A DNA stretch of 64,000 nucleotides, taken from contig NW_026262581.1 in assembly GCF_021869535.1 (NCBI RefSeq), positions 96,906,001 through 96,970,000 on the forward strand. The letters are read 5' to 3'. A program made the translations under genes and the position numbers. Source of the DNA: Mytilus californianus (Eukaryota). The notes beneath the pieces were generated by a model. It saw nothing but the letters and a program-made list of their open reading frames with translations, did no database searches and was not told the DNA's origin. This document shows positions 1 to 12,400 of this stretch, one piece after another; within the stretch, counting starts at the first letter, position 1; each line of letters opens with the position of its first letter.

Positions 1-2488
1 CATATAATTCCAGGAAAGAACCACCATGCTTAATGGTTATCACATTGTCACCAAAGACTATTTCTACTGTGTATGGACTCTTTTCTATTACTTCAACATC
101 AGGGGTCAAGGTTAAAGATCCTGAAAGATCTATCTGTTGTTCATTTATGAAAAACTGGGAACTTCCACTGCTTGAAATTGGTGATGCAACTGTGAAATTC
201 TTTAAATTAGTTTCAATCCAGATCTGTTTCAAACAAAGTGCCTGATGCTCTGCACAAGGTAAATGTCTTATATATACTGTCAACATTGAGTTCTTCAAAA
301 ACAGAAATTCTCCAGATGTTTCTAACTGGTAACTTTGACCATCAAACATGGTAAAGTGACCTTGTCCAAACAGGGAACATGTGTAAGCTGAAGATGATGA
401 TGGAATAGTTGTCAAGGCAACATCACAATCAACACCATACCATCCTGTACTACAGTCTGCACAATCTGCACCAGTAAACTTAGCAAGACACTCACAAGTT
501 CCATCTACTGTAGAACAAGTTCCACCTCCACAGGGTAATCCACGTGAGAACGGACAGACATCACTACAGGTAGTGCCCCAGTATCCTAAATCACATACAC
601 ACTTGTAATTTGTGAATGTACCAGATACACACATGAATGAGCATGAATCTCCTGTCCAGTCAGGGAACTGTCTTGAACCAAAACTATTACAAAAATCTTT
701 GGCTGGTGAATCTGGGTCATCAACTGATATTCCACAAATCTCAGATAAAGCCAAAATTACCTCCATAGTTTCATCTTTGTCTTTCAGGACATGACCATTA
801 AAAATACAGTCTTTGTACATGTATTCTTGCACCTGTGGTCCCTCATCAGCACAAGCAACATTGAATTTTTCAGAGTAGATTGCCTGGTTACAGAAATCGG
901 TAAGGCTTGGATCGATATTATCTGGATGGGAGAAAACATCATATATTCCTGTATCTGGGATTTCTGCAACATAATCTACCAGTATTCGTTCAGGCTGGGA
1001 CCATGGTTCATTTGGCATCGTTATCTCTAATCCTCCTACAGAGTCTGTCAATGTTGATCCTGTTCCTGAGTTCATGTTCCAGTTATTTGATAAACCCTCT
1101 TCAGAACCAGACAAAACACTGAAAGCATTCTGTCTTATTTCATTTACTGTCCTTTCATCTTTCCAGATTCTCAAATCGTCAAATTCACAGATACAGTTCC
1201 AATTAACACCAGTTCTATCATCACTAGGATAATTCCATTGGCCAATCATGACATCTCCTCCTGGTTTAACAGGGATAGGATCATCATCAGGAATCTCTAA
1301 AACTTCTTGACTCATCTGAAGATCATCTCTGATGAGGTACGTTTTCATCAAACGTGTATCATTATTCCATACAACGCCCAAATTGTACCATCTATCCTCT
1401 TCTACTAGCAATGATGCAAAGTCTAGAATTTCTCCATTTTTATGCATAGATATGGTGCCATCACATATCAATGTAGAGAATACATCTTCATCTACCTTAT
1501 TAGAGTATATAGTCTGACATTCTGTTGTGGCTTCTTTCAGTTTAAATTTAATCTCAAAGGTTGATTTTGTCTCAGTAAATGAATTCAGAGTTTCTGTCAC
1601 CATATTGGACCTGTTAGTTTTTAGACCATATCCACCAGCATTTGAAACAGGTAGAATACTACTGAACATTGATGAACCACTCGCTGTAAAGGACTCAGCA
1701 AAGTTCTCATGAATGGACTGTGTGCTTAGGGTACTACCCATTAATGTTTCACCTGATTCGGTTACAAAGTCATCCGAGGAATTGCCATTGCAGCTACTCA
1801 ACATGCCAGAACTCTGGTCACAAAGTGATGGTGAAGCTTCCACGGATACATCAAGGTGATCTTCATAAGTGTCAATGTCAATAGTCATTTCGTCTCCAGC
1901 CTTCACTTGAAATCCTGTTGTTGATACTTGCACCAGTTGTATGTCACCATCAATAGTTACTCCATCACCTGCAACTACTGGTTCACCATCTATGTAGGTC
2001 GATGCTACCCCATTCAGTACTGACACTACAGCAGTATGTTCACCTACTTGTATTCCTACAGACTGTGCACCAACACTGTTATAAAATTCTGAATTGGGTA
2101 CTTGTAAAACATTGACCTTGACACTAGTTCCTGATGATAGTGGTGCAGAAATAAGTGTCTGTTCTCCTGGAATGTGGTTGTTATAAATAGCTCCATCAAA
2201 AGTTTCAAAATGTCCAGGGTAAAAAAGCTTAGATGTGTACTTATTATTAACAGTTGTTTGTGTAAGTGTATTGATGATTGAACAATCTGTGCCCACATGT
2301 CCATCTTGACAGGGTTGACAGTCATCTCCTCTTGATCCATCATAGCAACTGCAAGTTCCATCAGTAGCATTACATGCACCATTGCCATAACAAGGATTGG
2401 AGGCTCCACCTGGACATTCATATTGACATTCAGATCCATAGTAACCATTGAAACATTTACAGTGTCCAGTTTCTTCAGTAACATTATC
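1..2488 (-). CDS. Exon 38 (runs off window): EGF, VWD, LamG/pentraxin-like, Cys-rich, EGF, second VWD
   Basis: Acceptor tttcag|GAT at 2488; frame open to base 1 (absent from ORF track). DNVTEETGHCKC..., FYPGHFETFDG, RWYNLGVVWN..VMIGQ..FDDLRIW..EGL..W, FGQGHFTMFDG. Confidence 0.9.
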
Positions 2489-5400
2489 CTGAAACAAAAA
2501 ATATTGAATCATAGTCAAGTTTGTTAACAAATGTGTAAATGATTCACAAATTTAAATAAATATTGTGAGATTTGTTATTATTTTGAATAATACAAGTAGG
2601 TGACAATCGCAATAATAAGAACTTGCATTCTAATATCCGATATATATATCTGTATGCAGAATTTTCCTGAAATGCAATAATTAATCTTGACCTTTTTGTC
2701 CTTTCTTCCAAAATTGCAATAATAAATGCATGCAAGAATTTCTAATTTACAGTATGGTTTTAAAAAACAGCCTAACATTTTGTTTTTTTTTATGACCTCT
2801 TACTTTTCAATGTGCATTGTTTTAATTATGATTAATAGTATACAACTGTATAGTTTGCACTGACATGCATTTTTTGTATTTGTTCAAAGAATTTGATGTC
2901 AAAAACTGCTACATTCTTATTGATTTGCAGGAATATTTATTTTTTTATCTGTAATTTCATTTGCAAATCTGGTTATAAGTGTTTAAATTTTTTTTCAAAA
3001 ATGCCAATTGGTTGCTATAGCCCATACTTGCTATATACCTTTGAGCTGTTGCACGAAAAAACTTACTAGATGTGGAATTGATGTACAAATCTTTGAAGAG
3101 TCTCCAATATCTGTGGTATACAAATGTGTACTCCACCATTTGTTTGCAAAAGAGGACAACACATTCCATGACACATCTGATGTACCATCAAACCTACAAA
3201 TAATACAAATGTTGTTATTAATGGAATAGAACTGCTAACTCTGTTTTGTCACGGAAATGGATATGAGGTTTGAGTTGATACAATAAATGACTGATGATGT
3301 CTAGTTAATCAAAGCAACACACCCGACTTTGATTTCATGGACTATGTGTGATCTTATGCATATGTTTATAGAAGTTTATTAAGATTTCTCAAATATAGTC
3401 TTATTTGTTTCAATCCAATGTTTTAATTTTGATTTAACTAGTAAATAAAAGTAAACTTAAAATCAAGTCCAGAAGTAATCCCTATAAAGTAATTCATAAA
3501 ATTATGCTGCTATTTTGTTTTGTCTAATTTGCTGATGCCTTCTTTAAAGTTAAATTTTATATGATAATTAAAATAGATGTTTTAATTGTGTATTTACCAA
3601 TGAAGACTAATGAACAAGCAAAAACAAGTTTAAATAAAATGATTCGCTGAGCGCAGCTGGATACAACCGCAGATGTCCAACCCTGAACAGTTTGGGCAAA
3701 AATGGACACAATATTCACACTTGATACAGGTCTGAATTTGGATTGTAATTAAATATTTGACACATAATAGGTTTCTGACACCGAATAACTGTAGTCAAAC
3801 AAATTAGAATGAATTGGTTATACGATTTGAATAAATATATTCAATTTTTTGCTTTTGTGCAATACACTATACTGTTGCGAATTGACCCCCCCCCCCCCAA
3901 AAAAAAAAAAAAAAAAATTTTTTTTACCCCCCCCCCCCCCCCTTTTTTTGCAAAAAAAAATAATATTTGAAGAAATTTTCTTTTTAATTTCTGAAATCTG
4001 AAATGAAAAAAAAAATTGCCCCCCCCCCCCTTTTTCCAAAAAAAAAATTCTTTCCCTCAATCAAGATATGGTCATAATCTCAATTCAAATTTCCAATAGA
4101 GTTTGCAACCATAATTACCAATTTAAATACATCATAAAAGTCTTAAAATAGAAAATGACACACATAATCATTGCTAAAATTAATATTCCTTTAATAGTAA
4201 CTTTTAAGAATAAATTGACAGCTAATCACCTCAAGACAATACAAAATTTCTTTATACATAATTTAAAAGCAGTGTAAGGGAGGTAATCCAAACATACACA
4301 ACATTGTACTTTAAGTGTGTTTGGATTAACTCCCTTACACTGTTTTTAAATTGTCCATTAACCAGGAAACCTTTGTTTTCCCCCCTTTTTTGCCCCTAAT
4401 ACCTAAACAGTTTGTTTCCCCCCTTTTTTGCCCCTAATTCCTAAACAGTTTGAGCCTTGACCCCAAAGTCAATCCTAACCATCCCTTTGTGGTATGGAAA
4501 CTTGTGGTATAATTTCAGAGGGATTCATACACCGTTCCACAATTTACCATACCACCAATAAAGATAAATGAGCTATTTGATGAGTTAACCAAACTTGATG
4601 TAAATAAATCATCAGGAACTGATAATATTGGACCCAAAATCCTTAAAATAAGTGCCCCATATATTGCCACTCCTCTCACATATATATTCAACAGAATGAT
4701 AGATACTGGTATATATCCTTCATTATTGAAAAATGCTAAGGTAACACCAGTTTACAAAGATGGTGACAAGGTTTTAGCAACAAATTACAGACCAATATCT
4801 GTTCTTCCATCTCTATCAAAAGTATTAGAAAGGCATGTCTCAAATAACATGTACAAGTACTTGTCTAAATTCAAACTTTTACATCCAACACAATCAGGTT
4901 TCAGGCCACATCATTCTTGTCAAACTGCACTTATTGATATCATTGACAAATGGCTGCAAGAAATGAATGATGGTAATTTAAACTTAGCAATACTGTTGGA
5001 CTTCAAAAAAGCATTTGATCTTGTAGATCATGACATTCTTTGCTTAAAGCTTGCTATTTACGGATTCAGTGAGTCTGCAGTAGGTTTTTTCAGGTCATAC
5101 CTAAGTAATAGAACACAGCAAGTAAACATTTGCAATGTGAATTCTGATAAAAAAGATGTGAAATTTGGTGTCCCCCAAGGATCTATACTAGGTCCTCTAT
5201 TATTTGTCTTATTTATAAATGACCTTCCCCTTTGCATTAAAAATTGTAAAACAGACTTGTATGCTGATGATACTACTCTCCATAAATCCGGGAAAAACAT
5301 AGAAAATTTACATGATGATGTACAAGAAGATTTATGCAGAGTTGAAGAATGGTGCAAAATTAATAATATGTTCATCAATACCAAAAAAACAAAATGTTTG

Positions 5401-6374
5401 GTTACTGGAACAAGTCAGAAGTTATCAACTCAATCTTTTCAACCAAATTTACTAATAAATTCAGAAACACTACAAAATTCATCATGTGAAAAATTATTAG
5501 GTGTTAAAATTGACAGCACACTTAGCTGGACAAATCAAATTGATCAAATTTGTGCTAGCATTTCATCAAGAATATACCTTCTTTCTAAATTAAAGAAATT
5601 TTTAGATATTAATGCCAGGAAAGCATACTATAATGGGTATATTCTGCCGCTCATCGATTACTGCTGTATTGTTTGGGGAGAATGTAAAAATGAAGGGATG
5701 GTAAGAATATTAAAACTTCAAAAAAGAGCAGCAAGATTAATTCTTGATGCAGACCCTTTATCCCCATCAGCCCCCTTATTTAAAGAACTTGGATGGATGA
5801 CAGTTGAAAACAGAATCAAATACCACAAATATTTACTGCTACATAAATGTATGCGGAAAGAAGCACCACAGTACCTACTTCAAAAGTTTCAACTTATATC
5901 TGTTAATAATCCTTATGCTTTAAGGGGTGTCACTCAAGGTAATTTGATAGTTCCTAAGCCAAAAACTGAACTGTTTAAAAAATCTTTTGCTTATTCTGGA
6001 TCAGTTTTATGGAACGGACTACCATATGAAATGCGTAAAGTGCAAAACACTTTTTCTTTTAAACAAATTATAAAACAATACTTGAGACAGTCCCAATATT
6101 CAGTCTTGAAATGATTGCAACTATTACTCTTTTTTTTAGAATGTATGATTTTGATTTGTATATAATATCTATTCACTACATGCAATCTGTAACTGTTTTA
6201 TATGTTCTAATTATGGTACATGTATATTGAACTATCATGATTATACGATTGTGTTAATATGTTGTATGTTTGCTTTTTTGACTTTTATTATTATTTTTTA
6301 CATGTATTGTATATGAGGGCCTCAGGGAAGATTAGTAATTGTAACTAACTGTGTTTACCCTCTTTAAATAAAGA

Positions 6375-6414
<40 letters not shown>

Positions 6415-9400
6415 GTCTGGAAACTAGAAAAATGCTTATTTGGGCCCTTTTTTGGATTAAAAAAAAATTTGAGGCAATCAGCAAAAAAAGTCTTATTACT
6501 TTTTATAATAGTATAAACTTACTTGACAGACAAGCCATATTCTGTCATTCCTGGTCTAAACTGTGTAGGTGGAACAATGGATGTCATGCTTCCTGATACA
6601 TAGTTTTCATCTGAATCAGTAACATACACATTATGACCATTGGCGTTGTTGTAGCCAAACCAAGCGGTGTAGGATCCATCACCATCATTGGTGTAACATC
6701 TAAATATAACTTCTATAGCCTCCGTTTCTCCTGATCCGTCATACATATCTGCATAATCTCCTTGCTTGTCTGTACATGGTATAGTACAATGTCCAGGACC
6801 AACAAAATCTAAATAATATAGTAAAATATTGTTTTCAGTAAATGTCAAAAACAAATAAATTCATGCTACATTCATAAGAACTAACAGTTTATGTTCATTT
6901 TTTGTGAAAAAATTAGAAAGGATATTTCTTTCTCGTGCCATACATCCATTTAGCTGATACCTTATTCCTGGTCTACGTCAGTGATAATACCTTATAGTAC
7001 CTATATAATAGTACCTTCCCTTTGCTTAGGTTCAGAAATTAACTAGTTCTTTCTGTTTTCAAGCTGCCCTGGGTGAAAATTCTTTTTTTTAATGGCCAAT
7101 GTATATATACATGGGTCACAGTCACTACAGAAAAGTAAACCCCATTCTTGAATATGTGCATCATAAGATCAAGTCTAATAACCTCATTTGACACTTTCAC
7201 ATACCTGGGTCACAGTCAGTACAAAAAGGTAAGCCCCATCCAGTAACACATGCATCACAAGCTTCTCCTGTCCAGTGGCCATTGGTATGGTCATCATAAC
7301 ATTCACAGACATCTCCACCTGTAGTCAATAAACAAAAGTATATCATACATCAAATCAACATAATAAACACCAATATCTTATTGATTTAGAATTATGTGAC
7401 CCAAAAATCAATATTAAAATTTTAACTAGGTGGAACTGTTTTAAAAGTGGACTAAAGCTTATGTTTCCTTTCATTTCTAGATGCCACTTCAGTGAAAAAA
7501 GGCTTTTACAAACATATTCTAGTACCGAAAAAGGTATTGTCATGTCAAATAAGTATATAATAATATATGGTTATTGGTGGGAATTTTAACCGTTCAATCT
7601 ATTTAAGGAATGACTGTTATATTTTTTCTGTCTATGAAGAAATAACATCAAAAATGTGGTGCACATTGAATAACCCGTGTAGCGGGTTATTTAAAAGTGT
7701 GCACCACATTTTTTAGGTTATTTCGAATCGACAGAAAAAATATTACAGTCATTCCTTATAATTTAATTCTAAATTCCTTTTTTAAGGAGTAAATTTTGTA
7801 AAAAATGTTGGTGACGTCACGGTCACATCACAAAATTATGTCTATGAGCTGATAGACAAAACACTTTCAGCCAATCAGAAGACATGTTACATCCAAAATT
7901 AAATTATTTAACAATTAATGATATTGTGCTCCTAAAAGGTCTTGTCATGGCAGTTCAGAAATATGGTCTAGGCATGGGGATCTAATTGTTCTTACCTAGT
8001 TCTGTGGCATAACCATGAAGACATAGAACACTACATGTTGTATTGTAGCCAATGTATCCTTCTTCACATTGTTCACAACTGGATCCAGTAAAATGAGTAA
8101 CACAAGTATCACAAGATAAACCAGTGAAACCATGCTCACAGACACACACAGGAGCTATATTTCCTTCCAATAACAAACAGTCTCCTGTAAAATTTAAATA
8201 AAATTTCTTATCACATATTTGATAAAAATATTGGCAATTTTGCATATTTCATATCAAGAAACTTGCTAAAAAAGTTATTTAGACAGCAGAAAAATTGTGT
8301 AGCAATTTACATTTACAGAAATCCTCCAACAATATTGTTGAATGAATCTTAACAGAACTGTCTTGTTGTTTTTCTCATGTTTAAAAAGTTATTTCACAAG
8401 CAACTCAAATAAGTAATAAATACATTCATACAAGCCTTTTTCCATATCTGCCCAGCTATTATTCTCGATTGAAATTTGCCCTCTGGCAAATGTCAATACC
8501 GCGGGATAATAACAGGGCAGATATATAAAAAGACATGTATTTATATATTTGTCACATGCAGTTATCACATAGTTAACCCATGACACCATGGTAACAGAAA
8601 CATCATTTGCCATTCAAAAGGATCTTCAAACAAGGTTTACACTTGTTTCATAATCTTTTAAATGCGAAAGGATTATAAAAGTGTAATGAAATCATAGTCA
8701 CTGATGTGATCTTAAGATGTTTGTTATCTTTTATCAAATATTCTTACCATTTCCACTACATTTGGGTGAGCCAGGACAAATGAAATCAGAGCAGTCCTCT
8801 CCCTCAAATCCTCCATTACAAACACAAACTGAGGCATTGTCTTTTCTTATACACAGACCATAGGTATTACAATCTGGTTCACCTGAAATATTAGAGGTAT
8901 TACATTATATCCATACCATAAGGCATTGCGTTTCCTGGAAAATAAACCATGGGTAATGCAATCTGGTTCAACCTAAATTTCATATGACTGCCTACCTCCA
9001 TATTAAATAAATGGTACTTAGCATCCTAATTTTTTACATGTATTCTTAAATCATACTAATGAACTTATAAACTCTGCCAGGAATTATCATGACTGTAATC
9101 GATTATAGGTAAAGACATCCTATTTCATATCAAACTTTTATGTTAAAAATCAAAAGCCTATGTAAAATATTGTTTTGTATTTTTCAAATATATTGCGTTA
9201 CAATTTAGCAGTGCATCGTAAGCCTATTTGGCTGGCTGTAATGTAATATTGTACTAATATGTATTTCTTGTATATATACAGGTTACACTATAATAAACCA
9301 TTCATTCATTCATTCACTGTATTGACAGTTATTACCAGTAACATTCATTCAATAAGGAATGCCGCAAATGAGAGTAATACATGACAAGAAACCAGTTTAC

Positions 9401-12400
9401 TGTACAACACATGACAAGAAACCAGTTTACTGTTCAGCACATGACAAGAAACCAATTTACTGTACAACACATGACAAGAAACCAGTTTACTGTTCAACAC
9501 ATGACAAGAAACCAGTTTACTGTACAACACATGACAAGAAACCAGTTTACTGTACAGCACATGACAAGAAACCAATTTATTGTACAACACATGACAAGAA
9601 ACCAGGTTACTGTACAGCACATGACAAGAAACCAGTTTTACTGTACAACACATGACAAGAATCCAGTTTACTGTAGGTACAACACATGGCAAAAAACCAG
9701 TTTACTGTACAACACATGACAAGAAACCAATTTATTGTACAACACATGACAAGAAACCAGGTTACTGTACAGCACATGACAAGAAACCAGTTTTACTGTA
9801 CAACACATGACAAGAATCCAGTTTACTGTAGGTACAACACATGACAAGAAACCAGTTTACTGTACAACACATTAGTTGTGTATTGTAAATCACTAACAAA
9901 TCCCTTTTATGTATTTTGAGGGTGAGAGATCAACTTAAAGCTGCTGACCAGCTACAGCAGGTGTATACTAGGGATATACAGTGGTATACTAGGGATATAC
10001 AATGAAAACAATGGAGTCATTTCACCAAATCTACAGTATTTCCTTCAAGGATGTATATAACCATAATTTAGCATTTAAAAGTTTGGTCCTACTTAACAAA
10101 TACCCAGTTGCAGTTTACACAGTGATCAGCTTTTGATCATTCAGTCTTATTATCTTAATGACCATAGCAAGGATCAAACAAATATTCCTTACAATGAAAG
10201 TATATATACCTGGTAGGTGAAACATCTCATCTCTTATATAAGGTTGAGTAACAGAGATCACACACACATGCATACATACCTGGACAATCTGTTATTTCAC
10301 AGTGATCACCAGTGTAACCTTCTTCACAAATACATGTCTCATTGATACACTGGCCGACATTGGAGCATTCTGTCTGACAACCTGAATCTGAGTAACAAAG
10401 GTCACACACACAAGTTGTAGAAAAGGCTGGAGACTCTACTCCATGTACACATGGATATTCACATGCAGGTCCCATCGTGTTGTTACAGTTGACACATTTT
10501 GGTGGGAAATAGTTTTCAACATCACATGTACCTGATAATGGAAAAAAATACAAAATAAAATAAAGACACATAATATTATATAATACTTTAAACCAACTTG
10601 TTTTTAGACCTTTCTTGCCGGCTTTTTACAATTTATTTTAACATTTCCTACCTATGTTGATGATTTCTTATTGTGTAATATTAGACATGATTTTTATTTG
10701 CGTTTATTTAATTACTAGCGAAAAATAAATTGCTTGCGAAAATAAGTTTTTTTATGGTATTAATTCAAAAGAAAAATTTTGTATACAATATATATGTGTA
10801 TAGAAAGAGATTCTATGACTGCATCAAGTAAGATATGTAAAATATTTCCAAAAGTAGCGGCAGTTATATATTCAAATCTAAATTGTTAAACTTGTTTTAA
10901 TTACTTGAATCTAACAATTTAGAGAGAAGAAATATATATAAATTTGGAGGAAAAGGAATGGAAGAATGTGTTTTCTAAGATTTTTCGACAACATGTTGGC
11001 AATCTCAAAGGGTGACGATACAAAAAAAAAAAAAACTAGTCCGAACAGACCTTTACCATGACATGGTGTATAGGCTGCGATAGTCCTTGTCATCACAAAA
11101 ATATGTGTCATATGGTATGGAGTAAAACTTTCAACAGATAATAATTGGAGTTAAAAAGCTTCCTTTTTTTATCAAAAGTTACTGGGTACAGACATGTTCC
11201 ATTATACCTGTTCCAGTTGGGATCATCACACCAATCAGCTGTCTCAAACTTGTCCCCTTTCCACCAGCCAGTTATAATAGTCATAAGTCCAGTCAATAAC
11301 ATTTACATGGCTATACAGAACCAAGGGGATACTTACCAAGTCCATTGCAGTCAGGGTCACCATAGCAGTCAGCTGTTTCACATCCGTCCCCTTTCCACCA
11401 GTTATCACAGTCACACGTCTGGTCACTCAGAGTACAGATACCTCGAGATGTACAACTACCCAATTCTGGCTGAGCTGTGTCTCCTGGACAACCTCTGTCA
11501 GTACAATCGTCTCCTGTTAAATAACAGATGTATAGTTATTGGCTCAATACAAAATTTGGTATCATAATTCATCAAGGTACAAGTATTTGGATAATTTTCG
11601 TATTAACATTTGACAACATGTTTTACAATATTTGACTTAACAGTAATTGAACAATCCCTTTTAAACTGTGAGGTCATATTAAATGTGAATTTTTGTGATT
11701 TTTTATATTCCGATGATGTGTATAAAGTGCATTACAGGTCTTCTATATTCTAAAATGTTGGTTCAGCCTTAGGTATCAAGTCTTAAATGATGGGTATGGG
11801 TTTTGCTCATTATTGAAGGCCATACAGTGACCTGTAGTTGTTAATTTCTATGTCATTTGGTCTCTTGTGGAGAGTTGTCTCATTGGCAATCATACCACAT
11901 TTTCTTATTTTTATATTAAATGAAAATGGTGGTCAAGTTTTTATATGTTTAACTTTCAGTAATAGTGGACTACATTTTCAGGATTGGCATATTTTCATCA
12001 TTTTAATAAAATGACAACTTACCCCACCAGGCTGTTTCACAAACACAGGTTCCATTATCACAGGCACCATGGCTACCACAGAGGACATCACAAGCTACTC
12101 CAGAATAGCATGGTTCACACAGACAGGAGTAGTCTGACTGTGGAGTACCATGGATACATGGGGAGGCACACGACACTCCTGTCCATCCATCGTTACAGAT
12201 ACATGTAGGCAGATCTCCATCAGTGTTACAAGTACCATTACCATTACAGTCTGGTTCTCCGGGGCAGTCAGCAACATTACAAGTATCGGCAGACCAGCCT
12301 GCATCGCAGCGACATTGTCTGGAAATAGGGTTACAGTTGCCATGACCACTGCATGGCTCATCCACTCCAGGACATGAAGCAGTTCCACATGTGTCACCCC

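Noticed and set aside
3886-4045. Run of long C/A/T homopolymers and the 80-aa ORF 3818-4060
   Set aside because: Looks like low-quality sequence or homopolymer expansion within a repeat element; no coding or structural signal; probably an artefact.
9345-9719. ORFs with HDKKPVYCTT / VSCHVLYSKL / MTRNQFTVQH repeats
   Set aside because: Open frames are a by-product of the 30-bp minisatellite; intronic, no usable splice sites, indels break the period.
9379-9871. CRISPR-like appearance of regular 30-bp repeats (also the 83-bp and 161-bp arrays)
   Set aside because: Head-to-tail repeats with no unique spacers, no cas genes, eukaryotic context.
11108-11302. 64-aa ORF as an extra EGF exon
   Set aside because: Cysteines lost and indel relative to exon 31; no acceptor.
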